Of a stretch of 60,636 nucleotides of DNA, positions 9,185 through 16,225 are shown in pieces. The DNA lies in the IMG/VR virus record IMGVR_UViG_3300042908_000332, positions 1 through 60,636 of that record; one strand, 5' to 3'. Source of the DNA: a virus (taxonomy: Duplodnaviria > Caudoviricetes). The stretch's first letter is position 1; each line of letters begins with the position of its first letter. The notes under the pieces were generated by a model. It ran no database searches. It was given only the letters and a program-made list of their open reading frames with translations, and was not told where the DNA came from. Made by a program: the position numbers and the translations under genes.

Positions 9185-9450
9185 GCTTCGCTTTTATACT
9201 GCATATACCACACAGCACTTAAATCTCTTAATTGAATAGAGATACTCCCACCAATGACACTTCCCTCTGCGACCTTAGCTATTTATTATAGGCTTCTTGG
9301 TTCACTTGTTCTTTTACCTTTCAGTATGCAGTACTCGTTGTCAAGCGTTCAGACAGAGCGAGATTTTATTTATCGAACAAGCGTTCATTGTGAGACATTG
9401 TTTTTGGTAAAGATGTTCAATGGTATACAACACCCGTATGTAATAGGGCA
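9185..9450 (-). ncRNA. candidate ~270 nt structured non-coding leader
   Basis: No credible ORF; several long-range inverted repeats (9197-9205/9325-9333, 9246-9257/9385-9395, 9303-9311/9375-9383, 9204-9210/9421-9427). Confidence 0.4.
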
Positions 9451-9451
9451 T

Positions 9452-9486
9452 AAAAAAACCCTAGCCGTCTCGTACTCAGCTAGGGT
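9452..9486 (-). terminator. intrinsic terminator
   Basis: ACCCTAGC/GCTAGGGT stem followed by T run. Confidence 0.8.
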
Positions 9487-9545
9487 CAGTATATATCTAC
9501 CATGATATAATTCTAATCTTAGATATCGAAGTACGAGTTCGACAC
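9452..9545 (-). ncRNA. small RNA/attenuator leader with kissing loops and anti-start-codon linker
   Basis: Promoter TACATTTG, hairpin GTGTCGAA-CTCGTAC-TTCGATAT, linker TATCATGGTAGATATAT, terminator CCCTAGC-(loop containing GTACGAG)-GCTAGGG-T7. Confidence 0.7.
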
Positions 9546-9547
9546 CA

Positions 9548-9555
9548 CAAATGTA
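9548..9555 (-). promoter_or_regulatory. Bacteroidota -7 promoter element TACATTTG
   Basis: Consensus match directly before the leader hairpin. Confidence 0.75.
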
Positions 9556-9596
9556 TTAAACATTTTGAAATAAAAAAATTTGACAGTGATAATTTT

Positions 9597-9983
9597 TTAA
9601 TTAAGCCATGCATAAACCTGATCACTAGCCTTCTTATTTGAGTTCTTAAGCTCAGGCATAATGATTTCGTATTTGATACTTATACCGGATCCTCCTGAAT
9701 TCATAACGTACATTCCATCTTTCATTACTAATACTGTAGATGGGCTGTATATAATATCTATGGGCAGCTGTGGTAGTTCTGATTCTCCGATTAAGTATAG
9801 ATACACATCATTCCAAAAGTCATAGCCTTCCCTGGACTGTTCCCAATCAAATAGCGTCATGAGTTCTACTGATGCAAGCGTACCTTCTTCTTGGTATGCT
9901 ACATTGAAATCATCCATGTTGCTAACGATTAAGTCAACATATTTCTCAGGTAGTCTTTGGAGTAGTATGTCTATGATTTTCAT
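9597..9983 (-). CDS. hypothetical protein
   Basis: ORF with FDWEQSREGYDFW motif. Confidence 0.7.
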   Translation of the reverse strand: MKIIDILLQRLPEKYVDLIVSNMDDFNVAYQEEGTLASVELMTLFDWEQSREGYDFWNDVYLYLIGESELPQLPIDIIYSPSTVLVMKDGMYVMNSGGSGISIKYEIIMPELKNSNKKASDQVYAWLN

Positions 9984-9991
9984 ACTCTAAT

Positions 9992-10159
9992 TTACAATAT
10001 AATTCCATATAGTATAATTTCGATTGCTCTAAATCTATCCTCTATGTAGTCTCCAATTGCGTACTCTGAATATCTTCTGAGTACCTCATTGATTATGCCT
10101 TGATCTATCTCTATTTGTAGATACTCGGCTACTTGTATTACATCTTCTGAAGTGACCAT
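9992..10159 (-). CDS. small hypothetical protein (55 aa, not in ORF track)
   Basis: MVTSEDVIQVAEYLQIEIDQG...; fills gap in tightly packed operon. Confidence 0.55.
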   Translation of the reverse strand: MVTSEDVIQVAEYLQIEIDQGIINEVLRRYSEYAIGDYIEDRFRAIEIILYGIIL

Positions 10160-10308
10160 AACGTTTCTTGTTTAGCAATGTATATTATTTCATCGTATTG
10201 ATGCTCAGAAGCAAACTTCGTTATTGCATCTATCTCATTTATTGCAGAGATATTTATACCTGTTGGTAACTTGTCTTTACGTGTGTAGAATATGTGGTAT
10301 GTACTCAT
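10138..10308 (-). CDS. small hypothetical protein (56 aa, not in ORF track)
   Basis: MSTYHIFYTRKDKLPTGINISAINEIDAI...; ATGA overlap with upstream ORF. Confidence 0.55.
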   Translation of the reverse strand: MSTYHIFYTRKDKLPTGINISAINEIDAITKFASEHQYDEIIYIAKQETLWSLQKM

Positions 10309-10541
10309 GTTGTATAGATTAATGTTTCTTTATATCCGTTTCTTTCTCGCACAAAGAATAGTGCTGCGCCACCATCATTGCATTCGTCATCTGTTACTGG
10401 AATCATAAAGTCTCCACCCTCAAATACAATTACTAATGGTTTCTTGTAGAAGCCAAAGTCATTAGCTTCTTGATCAGTCATGTATCTTACACCTGATATC
10501 TTTTTACCTACTAGGTATTCGAATTCTTTGTTGTGATTCAT
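10305..10541 (-). CDS. hypothetical early protein
   Basis: LVGKKISGVRYMT...DDECNDGGA; coupled to neighbours. Confidence 0.75.
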   Translation of the reverse strand: MNHNKEFEYLVGKKISGVRYMTDQEANDFGFYKKPLVIVFEGGDFMIPVTDDECNDGGAALFFVRERNGYKETLIYTT

Positions 10542-10747
10542 TGTTGTTGTCTTAGGTTAATTAAATCATTTAGTTTATGCGATAGGCTAAATGCTATTTC
10601 ACATATAGTGTACACTAACTCTTCATCGTCTTCGAATGATAGCTCTACAATAGTTGCTGTGTCTCCTTTCTTAATTGGTGCGAATTCACATTCAATAATT
10701 GTTTTTAATAGATACTTACGTGTATCATCGTCAAATACTCTTTTCAT
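10538..10747 (-). CDS. hypothetical early protein
   Basis: ATGA overlaps. Confidence 0.65.
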   Translation of the reverse strand: MKRVFDDDTRKYLLKTIIECEFAPIKKGDTATIVELSFEDDEELVYTICEIAFSLSHKLNDLINLRQQQ

Positions 10748-10935
10748 TTTGTTTTAATTAAGTGTTCGTAATAACCTTTTTCATAATCATTAGCGCAGTC
10801 AGTTCTGTCGCTAGTTTTTGGTATCTCTACAATACTGTAGATTCTTTCTATTTCTTTTTCATACAGCGTTGCAGCTAATAGCATACCTATTGCAGTTCCA
10901 GCGAATAGGTATAGAAGGTTCTCAAATCTCCTCAT
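10744..10935 (-). CDS. small membrane-anchored protein
   Basis: MRRFENLLYLFAGTAIGMLLAATLY N-terminal hydrophobic helix. Confidence 0.6.
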   Translation of the reverse strand: MRRFENLLYLFAGTAIGMLLAATLYEKEIERIYSIVEIPKTSDRTDCANDYEKGYYEHLIKTK

Positions 10936-11167
10936 ATTCATCTTCATCATCAAAGGTTGTGTAATAGAAGTACTCCTCTGCATAGAAGTAATCAAGCAGG
11001 TCTCGATCATCATCTAGGTGTACCTCATTACCATCAGCATCAATCCATTCAAGTGTGCGTAGATGCGCAATTAAATGTTTCTCTTCACTAAAGTGTAGCA
11101 GTGTATCAAAGTGGTCAACGACATACCCTGAGGTCATGCGCTCACCTGTTGCATCACATATTCTCAC
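10922..11167 (-). CDS. hypothetical acidic early protein
   Basis: RICDATGERMTSGY...YFYYT; overlaps neighbours. Confidence 0.7.
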   Translation of the reverse strand: MRICDATGERMTSGYVVDHFDTLLHFSEEKHLIAHLRTLEWIDADGNEVHLDDDRDLLDYFYAEEYFYYTTFDDEDEYEEI

Positions 11168-11388
11168 AAGTAATCTTCTTTAAGTTCTAACTCCATTTGA
11201 TGTCCTTCATCAAAGATTGCATCCTGTATGCGTTCACATATCCAATCACTGTTTAACGCATTGTCTAATATCTCATCTGCTTCTTCATCGGTGCAGTGAA
11301 ATTTCTCAGTGACATCATCTCGATGCCACATATTACCTACGTAGTAACCATCTCTACGTAATACCTCAATTGCTTCTTGTACTGTCAT
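11164..11388 (-). CDS. hypothetical early protein
   Basis: Coupled ORF. Confidence 0.7.
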   Translation of the reverse strand: MTVQEAIEVLRRDGYYVGNMWHRDDVTEKFHCTDEEADEILDNALNSDWICERIQDAIFDEGHQMELELKEDYL

Positions 11389-11576
11389 AACTTTTCAATT
11401 ACTCTAATTAACATTTCAGTTTCTTGTGAGTACTCAATACTCTCAGTTAACTTATCGAAGCCCATGTCCTTACATAGGCGCTCTAATGCCGGCACACAAT
11501 CTTTGTATGTGTACTCATCCATAAACACAGCGACTAACTCAGCGTAGCCACCTCTCTCAAAAAATACTCTTACCAT
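11385..11576 (-). CDS. hypothetical early protein
   Basis: Coupled ORF. Confidence 0.7.
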   Translation of the reverse strand: MVRVFFERGGYAELVAVFMDEYTYKDCVPALERLCKDMGFDKLTESIEYSQETEMLIRVIEKL

Positions 11577-11875
11577 TGGTTTAAATTTCTAGTTCTACTC
11601 TTATTGTTAGCCCATGCCTCGTTGCACTGTGCTCTTGTTAACTCATCTTGAATGTCATGTATACCTCCAATGCCATGGTATGTACCGTATCTATAACCAT
11701 ATGTGCTAACTCTTACGATTGGGTCTTCCTTTAGGTATTCAAGAGCTTCCTTAGTTCGTTCTCCAAAGACTCTGTAAACGTCCATTGTTTTGAGTTGACC
11801 GTATCCATCAGCCCACGCATTAGCTACATAGTTTACTAATGATTCTTTGATGTGTTCTTTGATTGGTTTATCCAT
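11570..11875 (-). CDS. hypothetical early protein
   Basis: Coupled ORF. Confidence 0.7.
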   Translation of the reverse strand: MDKPIKEHIKESLVNYVANAWADGYGQLKTMDVYRVFGERTKEALEYLKEDPIVRVSTYGYRYGTYHGIGGIHDIQDELTRAQCNEAWANNKSRTRNLNQW

Positions 11876-12422
11876 TGTTATTTGTATTGGTTAATACTTG
11901 ATTCCATTCATCATCAGTAAGATGTTTCTTGAACGCATCTTCTACATATTCAAGGTCATACGTCTCATCATTGATGTCTTCTATCAGTCTTTCAATGGCG
12001 TAATCTTTGTCACACAATAGATCATACTCAAAGCAGGTCATCTCGTTGTCATCTAATACACCATCGTGTGCACTGTAATCTCCAGCGAAGTCCATACCGC
12101 ATTCATAGTAATCACCATGCGCTTCTACATCAAACACCTTGGTAATCTCAGCAATCAATTGCAATGGTGGTGACCAAGCGCTGTCACCTGATACAATTAA
12201 GCCATCATGCTCTAATCGTAATTCAAAGTCCCACCACTTTGTGCCATATGCATATGTATCGAATTCACCATCTATTATTGATGATAATGGCTTACCCAAT
12301 ACCATCTCAGCAAAGTGAGTGAAGTAATCGCACTCATTGTATCGCTTAAAACGTATGTGTAATCTTTCAATGTCTTCTTTTTTACCCGTAAATGTTACGT
12401 GGTTTGAACAATAATTAGCCAT
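11868..12422 (-). CDS. DUF1281/YubB ferredoxin-like domain protein
   Basis: MANYCSNHVTFTG...YGTKWW...SAWSPP...YYECGMDFAG pattern; start preceded by ATCTACC. Confidence 0.75.
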   Translation of the reverse strand: MANYCSNHVTFTGKKEDIERLHIRFKRYNECDYFTHFAEMVLGKPLSSIIDGEFDTYAYGTKWWDFELRLEHDGLIVSGDSAWSPPLQLIAEITKVFDVEAHGDYYECGMDFAGDYSAHDGVLDDNEMTCFEYDLLCDKDYAIERLIEDINDETYDLEYVEDAFKKHLTDDEWNQVLTNTNNNG

Positions 12423-12432
12423 GGTAGATAAT

Positions 12433-13134
12433 TTATACACCTAATGCGGTGTGGTTAATAACAAATCCCGTTGTATCTTTCTTTGCTTTACCCTTTGCAA
12501 CGAGGCCTACAACAACTCCTCGCTCATCGGTGTACCTGAGGTCATCTTCGTCTCCACTTACCACATGAAATCCATTCCATGTATCGGGTAACGTATCGAA
12601 TACTACAGCTACATTTCCTCCTAATCTAAGATACTCAATACATTCTAAATCATTGGTCTCTGACCTTGAAAATGTCAAGTGATAATCAGTGCCAAGGTAT
12701 TGTATTGCACGCTTGAGATTCTTGGTGTAATCATAGAACTTAATGTTAGTCAACGTGTTGAGCGCATCTACATTAAGCTTTACTTTAAGTAATCCAAGGA
12801 AGTCGATGTCGGAAGTACCATTTAAACGCACTGCAACTTCTGCATTATTTTTGTTGACAGTGGTAAGTTCTCCCCAAAGCTGAGAGAGGAACGCTGACGT
12901 ATCCGATAGGAAGTAATCAGTCTTGCGTATCCTAGCTGATTGTACATTAGAGAATGCGCCACGACCTGCCGAGTTAAGGCAAGCCGTAGCACATCCTACT
13001 GATGCGTGACCACATACATTCTTACCATAGCTATTCTGCTTGTATGGTGAGAGATGCATGATGTAACTTTTAATGGGGTTCTTAGCAGTCTTGGTGTTGC
13101 TGCTCCCCGGACTCAGTAGCTTCATCTTCTTCAT
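12433..13134 (-). CDS. Gp88-like protein (Cys-motif, radical-SAM-like)
   Basis: NVCGHASVGCATACLNSAGRG, VRLNGTSDI, FYDYTK, YHLTFS, GDEDDLR. Confidence 0.8.
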   Translation of the reverse strand: MKKMKLLSPGSSNTKTAKNPIKSYIMHLSPYKQNSYGKNVCGHASVGCATACLNSAGRGAFSNVQSARIRKTDYFLSDTSAFLSQLWGELTTVNKNNAEVAVRLNGTSDIDFLGLLKVKLNVDALNTLTNIKFYDYTKNLKRAIQYLGTDYHLTFSRSETNDLECIEYLRLGGNVAVVFDTLPDTWNGFHVVSGDEDDLRYTDERGVVVGLVAKGKAKKDTTGFVINHTALGV

Positions 13135-13498
13135 TATTTTTTAATTCATCTAGCTCTCTGATAAGTTCATCTAAGAAGTTGTTAGCCATTCTATGTGATG
13201 AATCTAATTGATCGGCTACGATATCTTGTAGGTCGAATGTGACGTCAATGTCAATACCACCACCATATACATTCTTTTGATATGATGTGTCAAGGCTATC
13301 GAATACATTCCTGTCAATAAACCTGTCGAGTAACTGCACAATGGTTTCTTTTACTACGTCAGACAACTCATACTTACCTACTGGTTTGTTCTGCTCTTCC
13401 TTTGCGGAATTGATAGCATCTGATAAATCAATCTTGAGTGTTACTAAGTCGAATTGTAACTTCTCTAATCTCTCTGATAATTGTTCTAAATTGTTCAT
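13082..13498 (-). CDS. hypothetical early protein
   Basis: ORF; start MNNLEQ at 13498 preceded by ATATACC. Confidence 0.7.
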   Translation of the reverse strand: MNNLEQLSERLEKLQFDLVTLKIDLSDAINSAKEEQNKPVGKYELSDVVKETIVQLLDRFIDRNVFDSLDTSYQKNVYGGGIDIDVTFDLQDIVADQLDSSHRMANNFLDELIRELDELKNNEEDEATESGEQQHQDC

Positions 13499-13517
13499 GG
13501 TATATATATTTATTGGT

Positions 13518-13877
13518 TTATAATTCAGCTGTGAACTCACAGTATCCTTTTTCTTTAATACAATCTCTAATCTTTTTACCTAACCTAAGGTCAGCGTACT
13601 CACTTACTTCACCATCACTAATGCCTGCATTTGTAAGCATTTCTTCATTGTAACCTAAATTATCGGTGAAGAACTTGTCAATAACTGCAAGCTTGTCGCC
13701 AAGTTTATCCTCAATTCTTTTTATCTCATCCTCAACATGATGCAACTCATAATCACTGAAGTAGTACTCAAGATAGTTTGGCTCATGACCTGTTACACCG
13801 AAGCGGTCGGCCGCATGGCTTGGTTGTACTGCGAACCAAAACTTTCCGTTGATGTCGCCTGAATAATATCGTCCCAT
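13518..13877 (-). CDS. hypothetical early protein
   Basis: MGRYYSGDINGKFWFAVQPS...ADRFG...CEFTAEL. Confidence 0.8.
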   Translation of the reverse strand: MGRYYSGDINGKFWFAVQPSHAADRFGVTGHEPNYLEYYFSDYELHHVEDEIKRIEDKLGDKLAVIDKFFTDNLGYNEEMLTNAGISDGEVSEYADLRLGKKIRDCIKEKGYCEFTAEL

Positions 13878-13888
13878 AGTTTATTTAA

Positions 13889-14197
13889 TTAAATTGCTAA
13901 TCCTTTTACATCTATCAATTGTCCGTCCCATAGCTCACCATTGAGATACCATTGCCAATTCTTTTGGTTTATGTGTACTCCAGGAATTGCGTTGAGACGT
14001 TCTTTTGTGGTCTTGGTGAACCATCCTGTTGTCGAGATGGATAAAGTGCGCTCAGGGTCATTATATCGGTACGCAATGCGATTACCGTATAGCTTCATGA
14101 TGGTTACATTTGGCAATACTTCGATTGTCATGTTGTCTTTCTTGAATGGTCGAGCGTTCATGAATGCATCGACTGCTTGTGCTGTTATCTTTTTCAT
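13889..14197 (-). CDS. hypothetical early protein
   Basis: LYGNRIA...GWFTKTTKERLNAI...QKNWQWY; start preceded by ATCTACC. Confidence 0.8.
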   Translation of the reverse strand: MKKITAQAVDAFMNARPFKKDNMTIEVLPNVTIMKLYGNRIAYRYNDPERTLSISTTGWFTKTTKERLNAIPGVHINQKNWQWYLNGELWDGQLIDVKGLAI

Positions 14198-14209
14198 GGT
14201 AGATTGTAT

Positions 14210-14479
14210 TTAGTATTTAAGTTTGCCATCTTCATAGAACATTCTGATTCTTGCTTTGATGTCTTCAGCTGTGCCGACCCATCCTTTGATTGATACCATT
14301 GGTATCTTTCCATCAATCATCATTTGTTCTTCATTCTTAATCATCTCTTCTTTGTTTGCGATGACATGGTCGCAGAATGATTCAAGTCCTTGCATAATGA
14401 AAGATTGGCATAGCGCACCGTATGGGCTATAGTTCATCAAGTTTTTCATTAAGTCTTCGTTAGTTAATTGCTTTTTCAT
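14210..14479 (-). CDS. hypothetical early protein
   Basis: ORF with A-rich start region. Confidence 0.7.
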   Translation of the reverse strand: MKKQLTNEDLMKNLMNYSPYGALCQSFIMQGLESFCDHVIANKEEMIKNEEQMMIDGKIPMVSIKGWVGTAEDIKARIRMFYEDGKLKY

Positions 14480-14498
14480 TTTGTTTTGTGTTTAGTTA

Positions 14499-14939
14499 TT
14501 AAATATATCCTTCATCTGCCATTGATAGATAACCTGTATCCGATAGAATGATGTGGTCCAGGACTCGTATGTCTAGTATGTCTCCTCCGCTTCTTAGCTT
14601 GCGAGTTATCTCAATGTCCTGCTCACTTGGTTTTAGGTTACCACTCGGGTGGTTGTGCGCTAAGATTATGCTATGACCTACTGCATTTAGTGCAATAGTG
14701 AACACAACTTTTGCATCTACAATTACTCCTGCCGTGCCTCCGCTTGATATTTTATCTACTGAGACAACCTCATTAGCACGATTAAGTGTAATCATGGCGC
14801 ACTCTTCTGTCCATTGGATTGTATCTGCATCGAATATAGTTCGGAAGAATTTTGCAGCATCTGCACTTGTCTTCATTTGATAGGTGATGCCGTCACCTTT
14901 CTTGGTTTTTACTGTGATTTTTGTTTGTGGTAGTTTCAT
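14499..14939 (-). CDS. radC: RadC-like JAB domain protein
   Basis: EE...LNRAN...GG...ILAHNHPSGNLKPSEQD...LDHIIL. Confidence 0.92.
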   Translation of the reverse strand: MKLPQTKITVKTKKGDGITYQMKTSADAAKFFRTIFDADTIQWTEECAMITLNRANEVVSVDKISSGGTAGVIVDAKVVFTIALNAVGHSIILAHNHPSGNLKPSEQDIEITRKLRSGGDILDIRVLDHIILSDTGYLSMADEGYI

Positions 14940-15094
14940 TTGATTAGTTTTAATGTATACTTGTCTCTTATTCCCTGCCAAGACAATAGACTCTTGGCTA
15001 TCTTTACTGCTTCTGCTCTATCGTTTGCGGATATTATTGTGCTATCCACTTCACCCCCATCATGTGTGAGTACAGTTAATTTCCAGTGCTTCAT
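14936..15094 (-). CDS. small hypothetical protein (52 aa, not in ORF track)
   Basis: MKHWKLTVLTHDGGEVDSTIISANDRAEAVKIA...; ATGA overlaps on both sides. Confidence 0.6.
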   Translation of the reverse strand: MKHWKLTVLTHDGGEVDSTIISANDRAEAVKIAKSLLSWQGIRDKYTLKLIK

Positions 15095-15222
15095 TGTCTT
15101 GGTTTTTGTTGTGCTTTCTTAATTGACTTTGATACATAGTATCCCTTGGTGTGACATTGTTTTGCTGTGCCACATGATGCCGCAACTATTGCGATAATCA
15201 TAATTGTAATTAGTTTTCTCAC
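15091..15222 (-). CDS. small lipoprotein (43 aa, GTG start, not in ORF track)
   Basis: MRKLITIMIIAIVAASCGTAKQCHTKG...: basic N-terminus, hydrophobic core, lipobox AASC. Confidence 0.6.
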   Translation of the reverse strand: MRKLITIMIIAIVAASCGTAKQCHTKGYYVSKSIKKAQQKPRQ

Positions 15223-15261
15223 TTTGTTTTATTTTAAAAAGTTTGCGTTGACAGTGATGGG

Positions 15262-15294
15262 AAAAGAAATAGGCGCACCAATTACGATACGCCT
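15262..15294 (-). terminator. intrinsic terminator
   Basis: AGGCGTATC-GTAATT-GGTGCGCCT followed by ATTTCTTTT. Confidence 0.7.
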
Positions 15295-15321
15295 TTCTTC
15301 TCTATCTACCACAACAGAATG

Positions 15322-15399
15322 TTATTTCTTCGATAGTAATTTAAGTGTCAATAATATGTTGAGTACTACTGACAGGTATATAATTTCTCCTGCACTCAT
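15322..15399 (-). CDS. small membrane peptide (25 aa, not in ORF track)
   Basis: MSAGEIIYLSVVLNILLTLKLLSKK; ATGA overlap with upstream ORF. Confidence 0.5.
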   Translation of the reverse strand: MSAGEIIYLSVVLNILLTLKLLSKK

Positions 15400-15617
15400 G
15401 GTCTCTCAATTAAATAGTGAATAGTATAATCTTCTTGATCTTCGTATAGTACCTCCTGAATGTTGGTGTATTTACGCACCAATTCCTTCAGCTTGACGTA
15501 CCTATCTATGCTTATCCATTGTCCTTTGACCTCTCCCGGATTGCATAGGAACACATTTGTTTTGTTGCTTGGGCGCAGTATCTCCGCACTCCAAACCTTG
15601 TTAATTTGTACTCTCAT
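15396..15617 (-). CDS. hypothetical early protein
   Basis: ORF with A-rich start region. Confidence 0.65.
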   Translation of the reverse strand: MRVQINKVWSAEILRPSNKTNVFLCNPGEVKGQWISIDRYVKLKELVRKYTNIQEVLYEDQEDYTIHYLIERP

Positions 15618-15620
15618 TTG

Positions 15621-15851
15621 TTATCTGTTTTTGTGGTTTAAACGGTAATATTTCTTGAGTTCATCTAATTCATCGGCACTCTTATTTAAATTAATTTCAA
15701 GGTACTCGTAGAATTCATTTGTATCTCTCAAAGATTCATACAATTCTTTACTTTGTTTGTGTTGACCATTTATTTTACTCTCGTATATGTAGCAAAATAA
15801 TTCTTCCCATGTTTGGAATTCAAGGTCTTGAGGTTCTAAAAACTTTTTCAT
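15621..15851 (-). CDS. hypothetical early protein
   Basis: YIYESKINGQHKQ; start preceded by ATCTACCATA. Confidence 0.75.
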   Translation of the reverse strand: MKKFLEPQDLEFQTWEELFCYIYESKINGQHKQSKELYESLRDTNEFYEYLEINLNKSADELDELKKYYRLNHKNR

Positions 15852-15870
15852 TATGGTAGATTTTTGTGGT

Positions 15871-16125
15871 TTACTTTGTGCTTTTTATCCAAAGTTCTTT
15901 TGATAATAGACCTTTTTGTATTGATAATTCTGCGGCTTCCTTCAGTATGCCTTTGCCTGAGAAGTCAAGACCGCTTATGTATTCGCCCCATTTGCCAAAC
16001 CTTGCAATTACAGTTGGTCTCCTGCCTTGAGCGCAAAAGTACAGGTCGTAGTCAGTTCCATCCCTTGTTACTGAATCTAAATGAGTGCAGTTGTCGCAGT
16101 CGTGTTCGTGAAATACTTTTTTCAT
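15871..16125 (-). CDS. hypothetical early protein with HDCxxC motif
   Basis: MKKVFHEHDCDNCTHL...DLYFC...TVIARFG...EYISG; start preceded by ATCTACCA. Confidence 0.75.
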   Translation of the reverse strand: MKKVFHEHDCDNCTHLDSVTRDGTDYDLYFCAQGRRPTVIARFGKWGEYISGLDFSGKGILKEAAELSIQKGLLSKELWIKSTK

Positions 16126-16142
16126 TGGTAGATAAATTAATT

Positions 16143-16225
16143 GGTTAAGACTCATAAAAAAAAGGGGATGCACCAATATAGTACACCCCCTGGAGTTTCG
16201 TCCATTTAGGACTCATCAGTTAACC
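16143..16225 (-). ncRNA. type I hammerhead ribozyme
   Basis: GGTTAA-CTGATGA-GTCC TAAAT GGAC-GAAA-CTC...GAGTC-TTAACC: complete core, stems I/II/III, GUC cleavage triplet (cut between 16149 and 16148). Confidence 0.88.
16156..16191 (-). terminator. intrinsic terminator nested in hammerhead stem III loop
   Basis: GGGGGTGTAC-TATATT-GGTGCATCCCC followed by T8. Confidence 0.75.

Noticed and set aside
9254-9505. 83 aa plus-strand ORF
   Set aside because: Opposite to operon direction, overlaps terminator and leader, no recognisable features
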